From positions 1,612,001 through 1,676,000 of the forward strand of contig NC_134035.1 in assembly GCF_964204645.1 (NCBI RefSeq): a stretch of 64,000 nucleotides of DNA, given 5' to 3'. Below the pieces are notes generated by a model that was not told the DNA's origin, ran no database searches, and saw only the letters and a list, made by a program, of their open reading frames with translations. Position 1 is the stretch's first letter. Each line of letters begins with the position of its first letter. Below are positions 1 through 14,200 of this stretch, piece after piece. The position numbers and the translations under genes were made by a program. This DNA comes from Tubulanus polymorphus (taxonomy: Eukaryota; Animalia; Nemertea).

Positions 1-3000
1 CGTCTCTGTTCTTCCCTCCCCGGTTTTTCCAAAAGAACTAAAACTAACTGAACGACATTTCTGCTGTTACTGGATGTGTTGCATTCCAGGTGTTTTTTAT
101 ACTGTGCTGAATTTCTCGAAAAATAAAATATGAAAATTTGATTTAAATTTCATTGTGCTGTTGTTGTTTTTGGATGGGTTGATGCCAGGTTTTTCAAGAC
201 ACTGCTTCAGAAAAGGACACTAGGGGTCATTCATCTGGTCTGAGGATTATATCCTAATCTGATTTGCTCCATCCTGGGCCCAAGGTATGATAAAATACCC
301 TTTCCAAAACAGATATCGAAGATTGCTATAAATTTTTTCACTGGGTTATAGTTCGCCGGAAATCCGCCAATATGATAAACCCATGAAAGATGATTTCTTT
401 AAATGCATTCATGGATTGAAAACTTGATCAAACTACCGTTAGATTAGTTAATTGGGCAACGTAATTGATTAGTTACTAACGTGTTTGAACTTATTTAGAA
501 ACGACTGTATGATTTCTGATTGACAGGTATCTGGCGGGATCTGGGATATACAACAAGAGAAACAGGCTTTTCTAAATAAGTTGATAATTATATGTGATGA
601 AACCTGACGTCTCAAACGTGTTGAACTTGTATAGAAACGACTGTATGATTTCAGTTTGACAGGTATCAGGCGGGATCTGTGCTGTACAACAACCAGTCGT
701 TTCTAGCTAAGTTGATAATCTGATATGATGAAACCTGACGGGGGGCCAAATCTGAACATCAGATTTTCAACACCTTTATGGAGGGTCGAACTAAACGTAG
801 GTTCATAGGAAAATAAACTCATTGCCCAGACCCGTCCCCATTCAGTTTCAATAATATCGAAAACGACCTCACCCAATATTCCTGCCATACAACGCGTACA
901 CTAGATTTACATTTGCCTTTATTTCCATTTTCATATACATTTCAGTGTTTTGATTTGATGGATCAAAGATTTTTTAATCTATGCTCTGTCGCAATCTAGC
1001 AGGTTTCACTTATTTGACATGTATTAACAAATTATAAATCATATTTTTCAGTACAGAAGTTTACAGGTCGCGTGATTAAGATCAATGCCCAGCGTCGCGC
1101 AGGATTAACTTTACAACGACCGTGACTGGGACGTGACATTGTGTACCCGATACATGAATCAGTTGGAAATATATGTCATACGACACACGGATAGGACCAA
1201 ATTCGGTTTTCGTATCTATTCGACGGGTTGTCGGAACTAATAACCGAATGCGGCTTATTTCCGAACTATTTCCGGAATATAGTTCCGACTTACTGACGGT
1301 TTCGGTTTCACTAAGTTCGACTATATAGTTGCCCAGATGATCGAAGTTGGGCCAGGCTTACGTTTTAGTTGTATCGATTCCGGAGTATTAGCTCAAAGCA
1401 CAGGGCGGGAGACTGGATCGCTACTGTTCACCGTCAAACTTCAAATACGAGCCCAGAGACTCAAAGCAGCTGCAACTAAACAATATGGGATTCATTTTTT
1501 GGAATACGAGTTCATCTGAACCATCAACTTATCGTTCATATCTGGATTTACAAAACTGAAACGATCAGTCAAAACTGTTATCGCAGAATACTCGCCGAAT
1601 AAATGCTCGATTTCGTTGAAGATTGTGACGAATCTGTAAGGAATAAACTAGTGCAATATCGGGATATAATAATCTGATAGTGTATCGGACAATGCGCGAG
1701 TTCATCGGAATAATAATCATACGTGATCGCTCTTTGAAGTGAAACAGACTTATGTTAGATTACGTGCGAGATTGATAAGATATGATTTATTTTCAAACCG
1801 CGGTTGTAAAGTTGGATTCCTGTTTGTTGTTTGTAAACTGATTCCTGTATTTAACTCGTACATTCAAACTCATCGTTCACATCTGGATGAAAACTGCAGC
1901 AATCAATGTAAGAACTGATCATAGAATATAAACGTGTGTATTCTCGTGGGATTATAAGTTCGAACAATGTTGATCGGAATAGTTTTCAAATGTGATCGCT
2001 AATTGATAAAAGCCTTAATGAACTATCGGTCACAACGAACATATTTTCCGGTCCCGTAGAGTTCGCTGTAACGAGGTTCCACTAAGTGATAGTGTTATAA
2101 GCGTTGATTAGGATTCAATTATTCCATGATATTAAAACTGTGAGGTGAGTCGGATTCCTGTTCTGTTCGTAACCATTTTCAAAAATAAACATATAAATCA
2201 TAATTGATATTTTATATTGGTTGTTATCATTGTTTTATTCATTCCGCTCTCATTGTGAGACTCTTAAAGACATTTGATCGGACAATACGTGTTCATCGGA
2301 ATAATAGTCAGATGCGATCGCTCTTTGAAGTGAAACAATGACTTATGTTACATTACTGTTAGTAAGACGTGCGAGGTTGATATCTTTTATTTTAAAACCG
2401 CGGTTGTAAAGTTGGATTCCTGTTTGTGGTGTGTAAACTGATTCCTGTATTCGGAAAACGTTATTCACCTAGGAATCACTCGTACATTCAAACTCATAAG
2501 GATGGAACCATTGAGGTGTTTGATGATGTGTAAACTTCATCACGAATACTGGACGTGGTGGACTTCAACTGAAATTCATCACAGTTTTACTTCTTCAGTC
2601 AACTTCTTCCGGACTACTAGTGAACTAATCAGACTATATGTGAACTAAATGGACTATTTAGTCAACTAACCGGACTATAAGTGGATTGATACTAAAAAAA
2701 ACAGTCAGTGGTGGACTCCAGGAGGTGTGGAACTCGGTATGTGGATTTGTGGAACTCTGTGGACTACCATTACTGCTAATATTAGATTAGATTAATATTA
2801 GACAGCGGCTAGTGAATGTGTGAGTAGAATTTCTTATAAGTTTCCAAAATATTAAATTTGATTATAGTGATATTGAAAGATAATTGATTATTCATTTACT
2901 ATAAATGTAATTGATTTTTTGGGAGTAAGGTTGGTAGACCGTTTGCTCAAGGGTAAAATGTTGAGATTCAATCATAAGTTATACACTAACGTGCACTGAG

Positions 3001-3412
3001 TGCTAACGTGTTTTTAAATAGCCATTAAAACCCAGGTATCGAACCAATACAAGAAATAAGAAATTACTATATGCAGCAATCTGTTAATGACCATGGATCC
3101 AGCAGCCATTTTCACCAAGAACCTAATTAGTCATAAGTGTCTGATTGATTTTACTGTTCGCTGCATAAAATTGTTGTATCCCGGATTGCTATATCTCTCA
3201 GCTTTAACGGTTCCTGTAAATGTCTATATTACTCAAATCCGGGTTGTTTATCATTGTTTGGAAGTTAGCGAAAATTATTGTATCTTACAATCAATGATTC
3301 AGATTGAACTTGATCCACGATTATTGAAAATCACAATGATCTCATCTGAAAACTGTACATTCCAACAAAATACGATCATTTATTATGATAGAGAATAGCT
3401 TTAATGCTCTGT

Positions 3413-3868
3413 TTAAAAGTGCGTGTTAATCATATTCAATTTTATAATCACGAAAACTGGTGGTAAATTCTGTAACAATTCCTCCTCGATATTTGAAGTT
3501 TCTTCAGTCTGTTCTTCCTCGGAGAAAGAGACCTCCTTCGTATCAACATATGTGACGTCACCGGTAGAGTTAGTCCGCGTATCGAAATCTGGTAGGCAGT
3601 CTACATCGATATTGGATCCGTGGATGTCATAATCAGTGTTTGTATCGACAGTTGGTAGACTGTCTACATCTAAATCAAACTCAGGAAATTCTATGTTTTG
3701 TACAGGTGGTAAACTGTCGTAGCCAACATCGTCGTGAATGAAAGGATCACCAGCCTTATATCGTTTGGTCAGAGATGACTTTCTGTTTTGTTTAGTCAGT
3801 CGCTGCTGGCGCTCCTCCGTCCCGGGCGTGGGGCGTAGAGAAATCCGGATTTCGTGTTGGTGTTTAAA
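3413..3868 (-). pseudogene. 152-codon stop-to-stop acidic reading frame with no usable start; probable orphan or pseudo exon
   Basis: FKHQHEIRISLRPTPGTEERQQRLTKQNRKSSLTKRYKAGDPFIHDDVGYDSLPPVQNIEFPEFDLDVDSLPTVDTNTDYDIHGSNIDVDCLPDF...EEELLQNLPPVFVIIKLNMINTHF*; not in the ORF track. Confidence 0.45.
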
Positions 3869-4132
3869 TTACATTTGAATTATATTTATCGTCTAGATTT
3901 TAAGCGTCTAAAAATGTTGAATAAATGAGTATGATGTTTTTTTTCAAAGAAAGCATTGTATGAATTCCTAGAAATCTAGTGATGTGTACCCCGGTGGTAC
4001 CGTAGCTGCGAAATTCAAATTTGGTCAGAAACGGACGATTTCAGTCAGAGTCGACATCGTCACGGCGTTGACCATTGTGGCGTCCGAATGTGAATGGCCG
4101 TGGAATATGTTCGAATGTTTTCCTGTCACAAT

Positions 4133-4421
4133 CGGGCGGACCGGATGGCGTAGTCGGTAGGCGACTTGCGTGTCACCGCTGTGGCCCAGGTTCGAGTCTC
4201 GGAGGAGGCGGGTCAGGATGTGGCAATGAGCTCCGGTAAGCGGACGGTGGCTACGCGCAGCACTGTCCTCCCTGGAATGAGGTTGCTAATGCGTGAGTCC
4301 TACAAAATAACTGGTGTGGGGTAAATTATGTTTAATTCAGTCGTTTCTGGCTGAATTATTTATTTATCCCACAATACCGGTCCCGGCAGCGGAGTAATTC
4401 CACCAGGGGCTTCGACTTTTT
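4133..4421 (+). mobile_element. tRNA-derived SINE (head resembles tRNA-Asp)
   Basis: A box TGGCGTAGTCGG, B box GGTTCGAGTC, GTC anticodon-like loop, T-rich tail, ACAAT on both flanks. Confidence 0.6.
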
Positions 4422-4991
4422 TACAATATTAGTTTGTTATTTTAAGTTGAGTGGTGAGGGTTTGGGAAACTTTTATATTTATTTAATTCCTCGAACTGAA
4501 GAAATCCAAGCGACTATTCGGTGCAAGCAGCGCGCGCGGTGATCAATCACAGTTCTTTCTCAACTGATGATAAAACTTTGATAATTCTTTAACGTCACCA
4601 GATTTCAGTTAAAGAAGATATGTACGCGGCGATGTCTGGTGAACTTGTGTATAAATTCGGATTGAAAACGACTCTATCCAATAGAGAATCACTCTCTGGA
4701 GACCTGCCATACGCTCTACTACACAATAGTGCCGCGTCACTGCACAAACCCTTAAGCAAACTTCAATATCCTAAAGCAAAACTCGAAAAAAGTAAAATTA
4801 AGCCGGTATTACAGTTCCAAACCAGACTTAAATAGAAGGGAAATCTACACTTAAGTTTGTTGGAGTTTATCTAAACCATTAGATAAAATTTCAGCATACA
4901 ATTTTAGGCTAAAATCGTAGCATTCGATATTTCTATCTTTAACAATATGTGCCTCTATGAATAGTCGAATTAAACTCGATGACCTGTAGGC

Positions 4992-5042
4992 CCCATTGAA
5001 AATGTTTGGCACGAATTGAATGGTTCTTGCGGATTAGCGTCA
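4992..5042 (+). pseudogene. Possible tiny Tc1/mariner transposase remnant
   Basis: CCC ATT GAA AAT GTT TGG CAC GAA TTG = PIENVWHEL, then (frameshift) WFLR; resembles the SPDLNPIENxW catalytic motif. Confidence 0.35.
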
Positions 5043-5832
5043 CGGACTCGGGTCTGTCACAGGAATGCGCGATCGAGCTTTCTGATTGATCCAATCCGGT
5101 CGCATCGATGATGCACCGTCGCTGATTGGTTGACGTAGGTATTAGAAGCGCGGTTCGAGCCGCCCGATGCCAGTCCGAGAACTGATGTCCAGCGATGAAG
5201 GTCAACCCATAAGAGCTCTGCAACAAGGCGTGAAGAAAGTGTGGCTTCAAGCGAACAACCTACTAATAAGCGGCTGATGATGTAAGGAGAGACTGGAACG
5301 TGAAGGAATTTGTGACGCCTAGCGATTGAGAACGCAAGATGAGACTGGCGGCTGATGGTGCAGATGATCGCGGAGGAGATCCTGATACTGCTGCTGCTGT
5401 TACTGGTGTTGCTGCTGCTGTTGATGTCGGATTTCAACTACAAACAGATGACGACTAATTTGCTGTGATGAAGACTAGTTGCTGTTGTCGCTGATTTCCG
5501 ATGTTCTATTTCGCGCACATTCATACATTATGAATATTGTGTCTTTTTAGGGTTAAACCGAAACCAGTTCGCTACTACTGACAACTACATGTACACACAA
5601 TTCGTTTGTCGCAACGTCCTGAACTAGTCTGCTGCTGCTGCTACTGCTGCTGCTGCTGCTGCTGCATTGGGAACCGCATCAACTCACATTTTGCTGTTTC
5701 GGTATCTTTACATTAAGATAAGGTAATTATATTAAACTATACCCATCCGTGCATTTTGCATATTCAATCTTCTTCATTAGCTTGACGATTATCCGATTTG
5801 TTTTTCAGCTGGCAATATTTGAGTGACGGCAA

Positions 5833-6215
5833 CATCTTCAAACCTCGAGACGCAGACTCTACCCCGACTACAGAACCATCTTCAAACCTCGAGACGCAGA
5901 CTCTACTCCGACTACAGAACCATCTTCAAACCTCGAGAAGCAGACTCTACTCCGACTACAGTACCATCCTCAAACCTCGAGACGCAGACTCTACTCCGAC
6001 TACAGTACCATCTTCAAACCTCGAGACGCAGACTCTACTCCGACTTCAGAACCATCTTCAAACCTCGAGACGCAGACCCTACTCCGACTACAGAACCATC
6101 TTCAAACCTCGAGAAGCAGACTCTACTCCGACTACAGTACCATCTTCAAACCTCGAGACGCAGACTCTACTCCGACTACAGTACCATCCTCAAACCTCGA
6201 GACGCAGACTCTACT
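5833..6215. repeat. 44-bp minisatellite, ~8.5 copies
   Basis: CATCTTCAAACCTCGAGACGCAGACTCTACTCCGACTACAG(A/T)AC at 5833, 5877 and onward. Confidence 0.95.
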
Positions 6216-6259
6216 CGTCATTATTTCGTTTTGCCGCATGTAACGTAAATAAATAAACG

Positions 6260-6722
6260 TCCATATATAAAATGCTCTCTTTAATAAAATCTCTTTGTCT
6301 CGGGCACTTTGCCCCGGAAAGGACTCTTCCCTCTCTCAACTTCTCGACACTTGCCCCGGAAAAGGACTCTTCCGCTTACAACTTCTCACGTTCAAGGAAA
6401 GGACAAAGTCAAAAAGGAAAGGACAAACGCAAAGTACAAATCAAAGGCAGGAATTTGTTACAGCTTGTTTGCAAAAGTAAAATTCAACATTTTATTGAAA
6501 CGAACAAATCAAAATTCAACATTTTATTTAATCAATAAAATATTAAAATATTATTTAAAAATACGGGATTTGAACCACCAACCACTGGTCTAGCAGTCCA
6601 GCACCCTACCCACTACGCTATAGGGACGTACTGACAGCGTGCAGGGGAACTCATATTTATCCATTGCTTAAGCAAATTTTATCAAAAAAATGATGCCATC
6701 TACCGGGCGAGACAGGAACTAG
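6260..6722 (+). mobile_element. Non-autonomous Helitron-like element carrying a tRNA-like segment
   Basis: 5' TCCATATATAAAATG, 3' CCGGGCGAGACAGGAACTAG|T; the 5' flank base is G rather than the usual A. Confidence 0.4.
6562..6628 (-). pseudogene. tRNA-Ser(GCT)-like pseudogene or SINE head
   Basis: Minus strand TAGCGTAGTGG (A box), CTGGACTGCTAGACCAG anticodon arm, GGTTCAAATCC (B box); no acceptor stem. Confidence 0.5.
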
Positions 6723-6759
6723 TTCCTATCACAACCCGGTAGATGGTGGAATGAGGACC

Positions 6760-7095
6760 AGAAGAGTGAGAGATGAGAGAGTGAGATGAATGAGAGATAT
6801 GAGAATGAGACAATGAAAATGAGAGATGAGTATGAGATGAGGATGAAAGAGTGAGAGATGAGAGATGAGGATGAAAGAGAGAGATGAGAGATGAGGATGA
6901 AAGAGTGAGATGAGAGATGAGTATGAGAGATGAGAATGAGAGATGAGTATGAGAGATGAGAATGAGAGATGAGTATGAGATGAGAATGAGAGATGAGTAT
7001 GAGATGAGGATGAAAGAGTGAGATGAGGATGAGTATGAGAGATGAGAATGAGAGAGTGAGAGATGAGAGATGATAGAAAGAGAGAGACAGAGAGG
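6760..7095. repeat. GA-rich simple repeat (GATGAGA-like)
   Basis: Direct inspection. Confidence 0.9.
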
Positions 7096-7516
7096 GGATT
7101 GTATATCACCTGAACTTCTATGTTCCTCGTTGTTTTCTATCCGGCAGATTCTAGATGCCGTCAGTAGTTTTAGTTTTACAGTTTTTAGTTCAAACAGATA
7201 TTTATCCCATCAGCAGCAAAGTCATCACATAGTTAGTCCTCGTGGACATAAAGTTCACTATAACTGAAGTCAAGTTCTCCCAATATTTGTTCGTTTGTTT
7301 GTTTATCCTCCCGGTGAGTTCTAACGCTGCCAACACATATTTATCCAGTTCATCTGATCCTGATCATCAAACACAAACTTCAATAATTCCATCCTAATGA
7401 TGAGAAACATCCTAAAAGATATAAATGAAACTTTATAGATTTGAGGCAACCAATCAGTTATACACAGTGTAAGAGTTAAGTAAAGTTACTGGTGTATCAG
7501 AGAAATGGCAATCTCA

Positions 7517-8284
7517 GGTAGGCTACTCCCCAAAATGATTGTCAGGGGTCAAATATTTTTTGTCTCCGATTTTGATGAAATTCAGTATAAACATGTATTC
7601 TTGGGTGCTGATCACAAATCTGAACGAATTTTTCGGATCTGAGGCCCAGAAAATGAGAAATTCGAATTATTGGGGGACCCCCCTAAATTTTCAAAAGGCC
7701 TTGGACCCCAGAGTTTTCGAGATATTCAAAATCTGATTGCAGATTTGGTATCAGCACCCCTGAAAATATAAAGGACTAAAATTTCAAGCAAATCGAAGAG
7801 ATTCGGTTTTTTGGGCAAAAATGGCAAAAATCTGAGGTGTAAGTCCAGGAGTTTTTTTTCGGCGAAAAATTTTTTTTCTCTGATTCCTTCTTAAATTGGT
7901 AGGAATATGTATTCTGAGGTGTAGATTCCGGATCCGCAATCAGATTTTGAATCGGAATTCATCTTCATGGGCAAATAAGGGTTTTAATGCCCAAAATATG
8001 CCCCCCAAAAATGGGGTACAAAGTCAAAATTCTTTTTTGGCCCAATTTTAATGAAACTTAGTGCAGACATGTTTTTTGGGGTGCTGATTACGAATATGGG
8101 GTTAGATTTTGGATCCGAGGCAACTAAAATGAGATATTCAGGATTTCGTGTTTTGACCCCCTTAATTTCGTCACAAATTTTGATGAAATTTGCCTGAGAA
8201 ATTCGGCCCAAAATCGAAATTTATTCAACGATCAAATATTCAATTAATTTTTAAGGTAGAAATTGATGCTCTTACTAAAACCCT
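7517..8284. mobile_element. Palindrome-rich non-autonomous DNA element (further copies at ~10837-11605 and truncated ~18314-18890)
   Basis: Internal inverted motifs GGGTGCTGATCACAAATCTG / CAGATTTGGTATCAGCACCCC and GATTCCGGATCCGCAATCAGATTTTGAATCGGAAT; absent from the third unit. Confidence 0.55.
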
Positions 8285-11200
8285 GATAATTGTTTTGGAA
8301 ACTTATAAGAAATTCTACTCACACACTCACTTGCCCTTGTCTAGCAGTAATGGTAGTCCACCGAGTTCCACAAATCCACATACACCTCCTGGAGTCCACC
8401 ACTGACTGTTTTTTTATCCACTTATAGTCCGGTTAGTTGACTAAATAGTCCAGTTAGTTCACTAATAGCCCGGTTAGTTGACTAGTAGTCCAGTTAGTTC
8501 ACTAGTAGTCCGGAAGAAGTTGACTGAAGAAGTAAAACTGTGATGAATTTCACTTGAAGTCCACCACGTCCAGTATTTGTGATGAAGTTTACACAACAGC
8601 CCGAAGAAAACCTGAAATATAAAATTGAAATCACATTAACAGGGAGACTGACTGAGAGGTTGAGGGAGGATAGGATGAGAGGTTGGGGGAGGATGTGGTG
8701 AGAGGTTGAGGGACAATTGGATGAGAGGTTGGGGAGGATGGGGTGAGAGGTCGAGGGAGTATGGGATGAGAGGTTGGGGTGGATGGGGTGAGAGGTGGGG
8801 GAGGATGGGATGAGAGGTTGGGGAGGATGGGGTGAGAGGTTAAGGGAGGATGGGGTGAGAGGTTGAGAGAGGATGGGGTGAGAGGTTGGGGAGGGTGGGT
8901 TGAGAGGTTGAGGAAGGGTGGGGTGAGAGGTTGGGGAGGATGGGTGAAAAGACAAGCAAACACAATAACTCAGGCTTAAGCAAAAGTTTTCAGCAGTTTT
9001 CAGTCACACTGGATTAACAGATTCTCGTTTTACACAAGAGCCCAGCCTGTGGCAGTGGGAGAAAGCTGGTGTAACTAAATGGTTGAGTCAGCTGGTCTTA
9101 ACCTGCTGAACAAGATGTGGTGCCGGAGGAAGTTGAAGAACAGTTCATCAAGATTTGTGAAACTATCGCCTGCTGCACCATGTGCAATGCAAGCGGCTAG
9201 GGTAGTGCGGCCCGTGTAGGCTAGAAAGTGGTTTTTGACACCGAGTGAGGTCCCTGTTAGTCTAGCACCTAGCCGTCGTTCCCTAAACAACCCAGAACCC
9301 GTAGTAAAAACGACTGACTGATTCAGACTAAATTTGAGTAGGTCCCGGCCTCCACTGACTGTCGTGAAGTGTCTGCGAAGTCACTGGACTGGAGTGAGGT
9401 CCCCCTAAACTGTGTGTGTACCTGAGGACATGAAAATGAAATATCATGTATGAATTTTTATCTTTTTAACCAATATCAAAATTCGTACATTTAGAATCAT
9501 CGCGGCTTTAAAGTCTTTATCAATTGAGGGAATAGTTCACTGTAAATAAAGAATTAGCGATTGAATTGAGCCCGCTCCACAGTAAAATAGCGCGATTAAT
9601 TCAATCTCGACCGTCTAGTGCTGCCGCTACGTATAACGATAGCGTGGAAAATGTGAACTAACATAATACTCGCTTGCCAGAGTCTTCGAACGGCAGGAGT
9701 GGACGAACTAATTACCGATTTGCGGGCCGGATTCCGAGGAAAATTCTCAAACTCTGAAAACTGCTCTGAAACGTTCGAACCAAACAATTTTTCTATAAGA
9801 GAATGAGCCTTAAAAGAGTTAATTTGAATCGGGGTATTTCTAGTATGGTCTGGGAGAGAGCGACAGGTGTTTGTATGTTCCCTGATTATTTGCGTGCAAA
9901 TAGACTATAATCGAAGAAAAAATATGGACATTTTGTCAATTCTGATGATAAATTGTCATTAAAAAATGAAAATGAATAATTTATTCTGTATACAAATACT
10001 ATATTAATTGATAAGTAAGTGAATTTTAGCTAAAAAAAATAAAATATGTTACCTAAAAATAAGGAAATATCATACAAAATTCAGAACGTATTCAAAGTAT
10101 CATATTTAATCAGAATTAGACGACACACTGGTCTGTATTGTACGTAATAAGGACATTTAAATTCCGGCGGTAAATATGCGCTACTATTTTAGTTCACAGA
10201 AATTCCGCTATCGTTATTCATAGGGGCAGCACTGTACGGTAAATATCTAACTCAGCCTCGCTATCTTACTGTGGCATGCGAGCAATACAGATATTTTTCT
10301 TAGCCGAATTTCGTTGATTATCTAATACGATTCCATTGTATATGAATAATTCGACTATCGTTTAAGGTTTTTAGAAGGGGATTCTCTTTCTAAAACGAAT
10401 TTCAAACCGTTTGTGATAGAACTCTTTTGTCTGCGGAATGTATTAGCATCCAGTAAAGCGCTAAGCTCACATGCCAAAGGAAGAATTTCAAGCAAATTTT
10501 ATTTTATTCTCTAAAATAGTGCATTCAACTACCACTAACACTGTAACCAGAAATAATGCTCGGAAACTATTAAAGAAGAGTAAATTTGAAGTCAAGTTCT
10601 CCCAATATTTGTTCGTTTGTTTGTTTATCCTCCCGGTGAGTTCTAACACTGCCAACACATATTTATCCAGTTCATCTGATCCTGATCATCAAACTCAAAA
10701 AGTCAATAATTCCATCCTAATGATGAGAAACATCCTAAAAGATATAAATGAAACTTAATAGATTTGAGGCCACCGAACAGTTATACACAGTGTAAGAGTG
10801 TCTAGTTACCGGTATATCAGAGAAATGGCAATCTAAGGTAGGCTACTCCCCAAAATGAGTGTCAGGGGTCAAATATTTTTTGTCTCCGATTTTGATGAAA
10901 TTCCGGTTAGACATGTATTCTGGGGTGCTGATCACAAATCTGAACGAATTTTTAGGATCCGAGGTCCAGAAAATGAGAAATTCGAATTTTTTGGGGGACC
11001 CCTAAATTTTCAAAAGGCCTTTGACCCACGAGTTTTCGAGATATTCAAAATCTAATTGCAGATTTGGAATCAGCACCCCTGACAATATAAATGACTGAAA
11101 TTTCAAGCAAATCGAAGAGTTTCGATTTTTTGGCAAAAAATGGCAAAAATCTAAGGTGTTAGTCCAGGAGTTTTTTTTCGGCGAAAACTTTTTTTTCTCT

Positions 11201-14200
11201 GATTCCTTCGAAATTTGGTAGGAATATGTATTCTGAGGTGTAGATTCCGGATCCGCAATCAGATTTTGAATCGGAATTCATCTTCATGGGCAAATAAGGG
11301 TTTTAATGCCCAAAATATGCACCCCAAAAATGGGGTACAAAGTCAAAATATTTTTTTGGCCCAATTTTAATAAAATTTAGTGCAGACATGTTTTTTGGGG
11401 TGCTGGGTACAAATATGAGGTTAGATTTAGGATCCGAGGCTCCTAAAATGAGATATTCAGGATTTCGTGTTTTGACCCCCTTAATTTCGTCACAAATTTT
11501 GATGAAATTCGCCCGCGAAATTCGGTCCAAAAACGATTTTTATTCAATGATGTCAAATATTCAATTAATTTTTAAGGTAGAAATTGATGCTCTTACTAAA
11601 AACCCTGAATTATAATTCCTGCAACACAATTACAGGCTGCTTCAAATAACCACATTGACAATTCTTATGAAATGCAGTGAACAGTGTTTACAGATAAACT
11701 GCTTTCTCATAATTGTTTGTGAAACTTTTAAGAAATTCTACTCACACTCACTAGCCCTTGTCTAGCAGTAATGGTAGTCCACCGAATCCCACAAATCACA
11801 TACAGAGTTCAACACCTCCTGGAGTCCACCACTGACTGTTTTTTATGAGTATCAATCTAAATGGTCCTAAATGGACTAAATGGTCCGGTTAGTTCACATA
11901 TAGTCGGGTTAGTTCACTAGTAGTCCGGAAGAAGTTGACTGAAGAAGTAAAACTGTGATAAATTTCAGTTGATGTCCACCACGTCCAGCATTCGTGATGA
12001 AGTTTACACCACTGCCCGACAGAGGAAAACCTGAAAAATAAAATTGAAATCACATTTTCTTTTTTTATCTTAAAATAGGGATTGTCCCCATTATTTATTT
12101 ATTTGGCTGGTAAATTTTGTTTGATTTTTCGATTGAGTGTCCCTTACAGACCCACCACACCTGCCGGGAGCGAAACAGGGGGTTTGATTTTGAAATCGGA
12201 AATCGAAGTACAGATATAGATGTGTGATCGGCGGTCGAGTAAACAGAATATTTTAAAATCGAAGTACATAATTGGAAATTCGGTTCCGGTTCATTCAAAC
12301 AATCTTCCATTCAGTCTGAACAGGCAAGCGACTGATTGGGATGAATTTTTCTGGCTGCCTAATTTAATACAATGAGATTCTGGAAATAGCTATATTACAA
12401 GATCATTTTGTCCATTTTTATATTTTTTGGTCGTTTTCTACGTGTAAATAGTCCGATAGTTTAGTGTGGTTTTTTTCCTCGGGTAGATGTTGATGTAGAA
12501 GTCCTCTAAGTTGATGATCCCGCGTGTTGACTAGATATGAAGAAAGCACATTTCCAAACGCAAATTTTCCAGATGAGAGTATGGCCCTGGGGTATCCGAA
12601 GTGTAGTTGTATGACATCGACGGTGCAGCTCCGATTAGGATGGGTTTCTCCGTCAAGGGGTGCGCAGTTGGTACTTCACATCTGGTGCTGAATTTGCCTA
12701 AAAGTATAAGTTTTACACTGGGAGCAGTTATGTGTTTCTAATATACAGTGAGTTAGGTCCGTTAATGTATCGCAATCAAACGGACAGTGCTATGCGTATT
12801 GATAGACCGTCAGTAAGAAAGCGGCACAGACACGTGAATATTGAATACATGTTTGTACACTTACATATATACAGTTTTGATCGGGTTTTATTTACATTGT
12901 CACGATTAAATTGAAATCCCATTAACAGGGAGACTGACTGCGAGAAGTTGGGGGAGGATGGGGTGAGAGGTTGGGGGAGGATGGGGTGAGAGGTTGAGGG
13001 AGGATGGGGTGAGAGGTTGGGGACAATGGGATGATGAGGTTGGGTGAGAGGTTGAGGGAGGATGGGGTGAGAGGTTGAGGGAGGATGGGGTGAGAGGTTG
13101 AGGGAGGATGGGTCAGGGTGAAAAGGGGAGCAAACCAGTACAATTACTCTGACATAGTAGCCTAAAGGCTTCAGCAAAGGTTTTCAGCAGTTTTCAGTCC
13201 CCTGGTCACACTGGTTTAACAGATTCTCGTTTTTCACAAGAGCCCAGCCTGTGGCCGGGAGAAAGCCATTGTAACTAACTGGTCGAGTCAGGGCCTGGCC
13301 GGCCTCACTAGTGTGTCGTGACGTGTTTGCGAAGTCAATTGGACTTGGAGTGAGGTCTCCCTGTGCGTCCCGGGCCCTGAGCCCGTGAGGACATAAAATA
13401 TGATGAATTCTTATCATTTTACCCAATTCAAAAGTCGTACATTTAAATCATCGTGGCTTTAAAGTCTTTATCAATTGAGAGAATAGTTCACTGTAAATAA
13501 AGAATTAGCGATTGAATTGAGCCCGCTCCACAGTAAAATAGCGCGATCAATTCAATCTCGACCGTCTAGTGCTGCCCCTATGTATAACGATAGCGTGGAA
13601 AACGTGAACTAACATAATACTCGCTTGCCAGAGTCTTCGAACGGCCGTAGTGGATGAACTAATTACCGATTTGCGGGCCGGATTCCGAGGAAATTTCTCA
13701 AACTCTGAAAACTGCTCTGAAACGTCTGGCCAAACAATTTTTCTATAAAAGAATAAGCCTTGAAAGAGTAAATTTGAATCGGCGTATTTCTAGTATGGTC
13801 TGGGAGAGAGCTACAGGTGTTTGTATGTTCCCTGATTATTTCTGCGTAATTAGAATATATCGAAGAAAGAATATTGACATTTTGGACATATGGACATTTT
13901 GTCAATTTTATCATTCAAAAATGTAAACGAATAAGTTATTCTGTATATAAATACTACATTAATTGATAGGTAAGTGAATTTTAGCTAAAAAGAATTAAAT
14001 ATGTTACCTAAAAAATTAGGAAATATCATACAAAATTCAGAACGTTTTCATAGTATCATATTCAATCAGAATTAGGCGCCACACTGGTCCGTATTGTACG
14101 TAATAAGGAAATTTAAATTCCGGCGGTAAATATGCGCTACTATTTTAGTTCACAGAAATTCCGCTACCGTAATTCATAGGGGCAGCACTGTACGGTAGAT

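Noticed and set aside
4137-4212. Functional tRNA genes (also 6562, 24862, 61330, 62300)
   Set aside because: A and/or B boxes present but acceptor stems do not pair; treated as SINE heads or pseudogenes
5798-6256. 152-aa and 141-aa ORFs
   Set aside because: Produced by a 44-bp minisatellite whose period is not a multiple of 3
12530-12700. Possible minus-strand exon in the insertion specific to unit 2
   Set aside because: An acceptor and ~55 open codons only; no partner exons or recognisable motif
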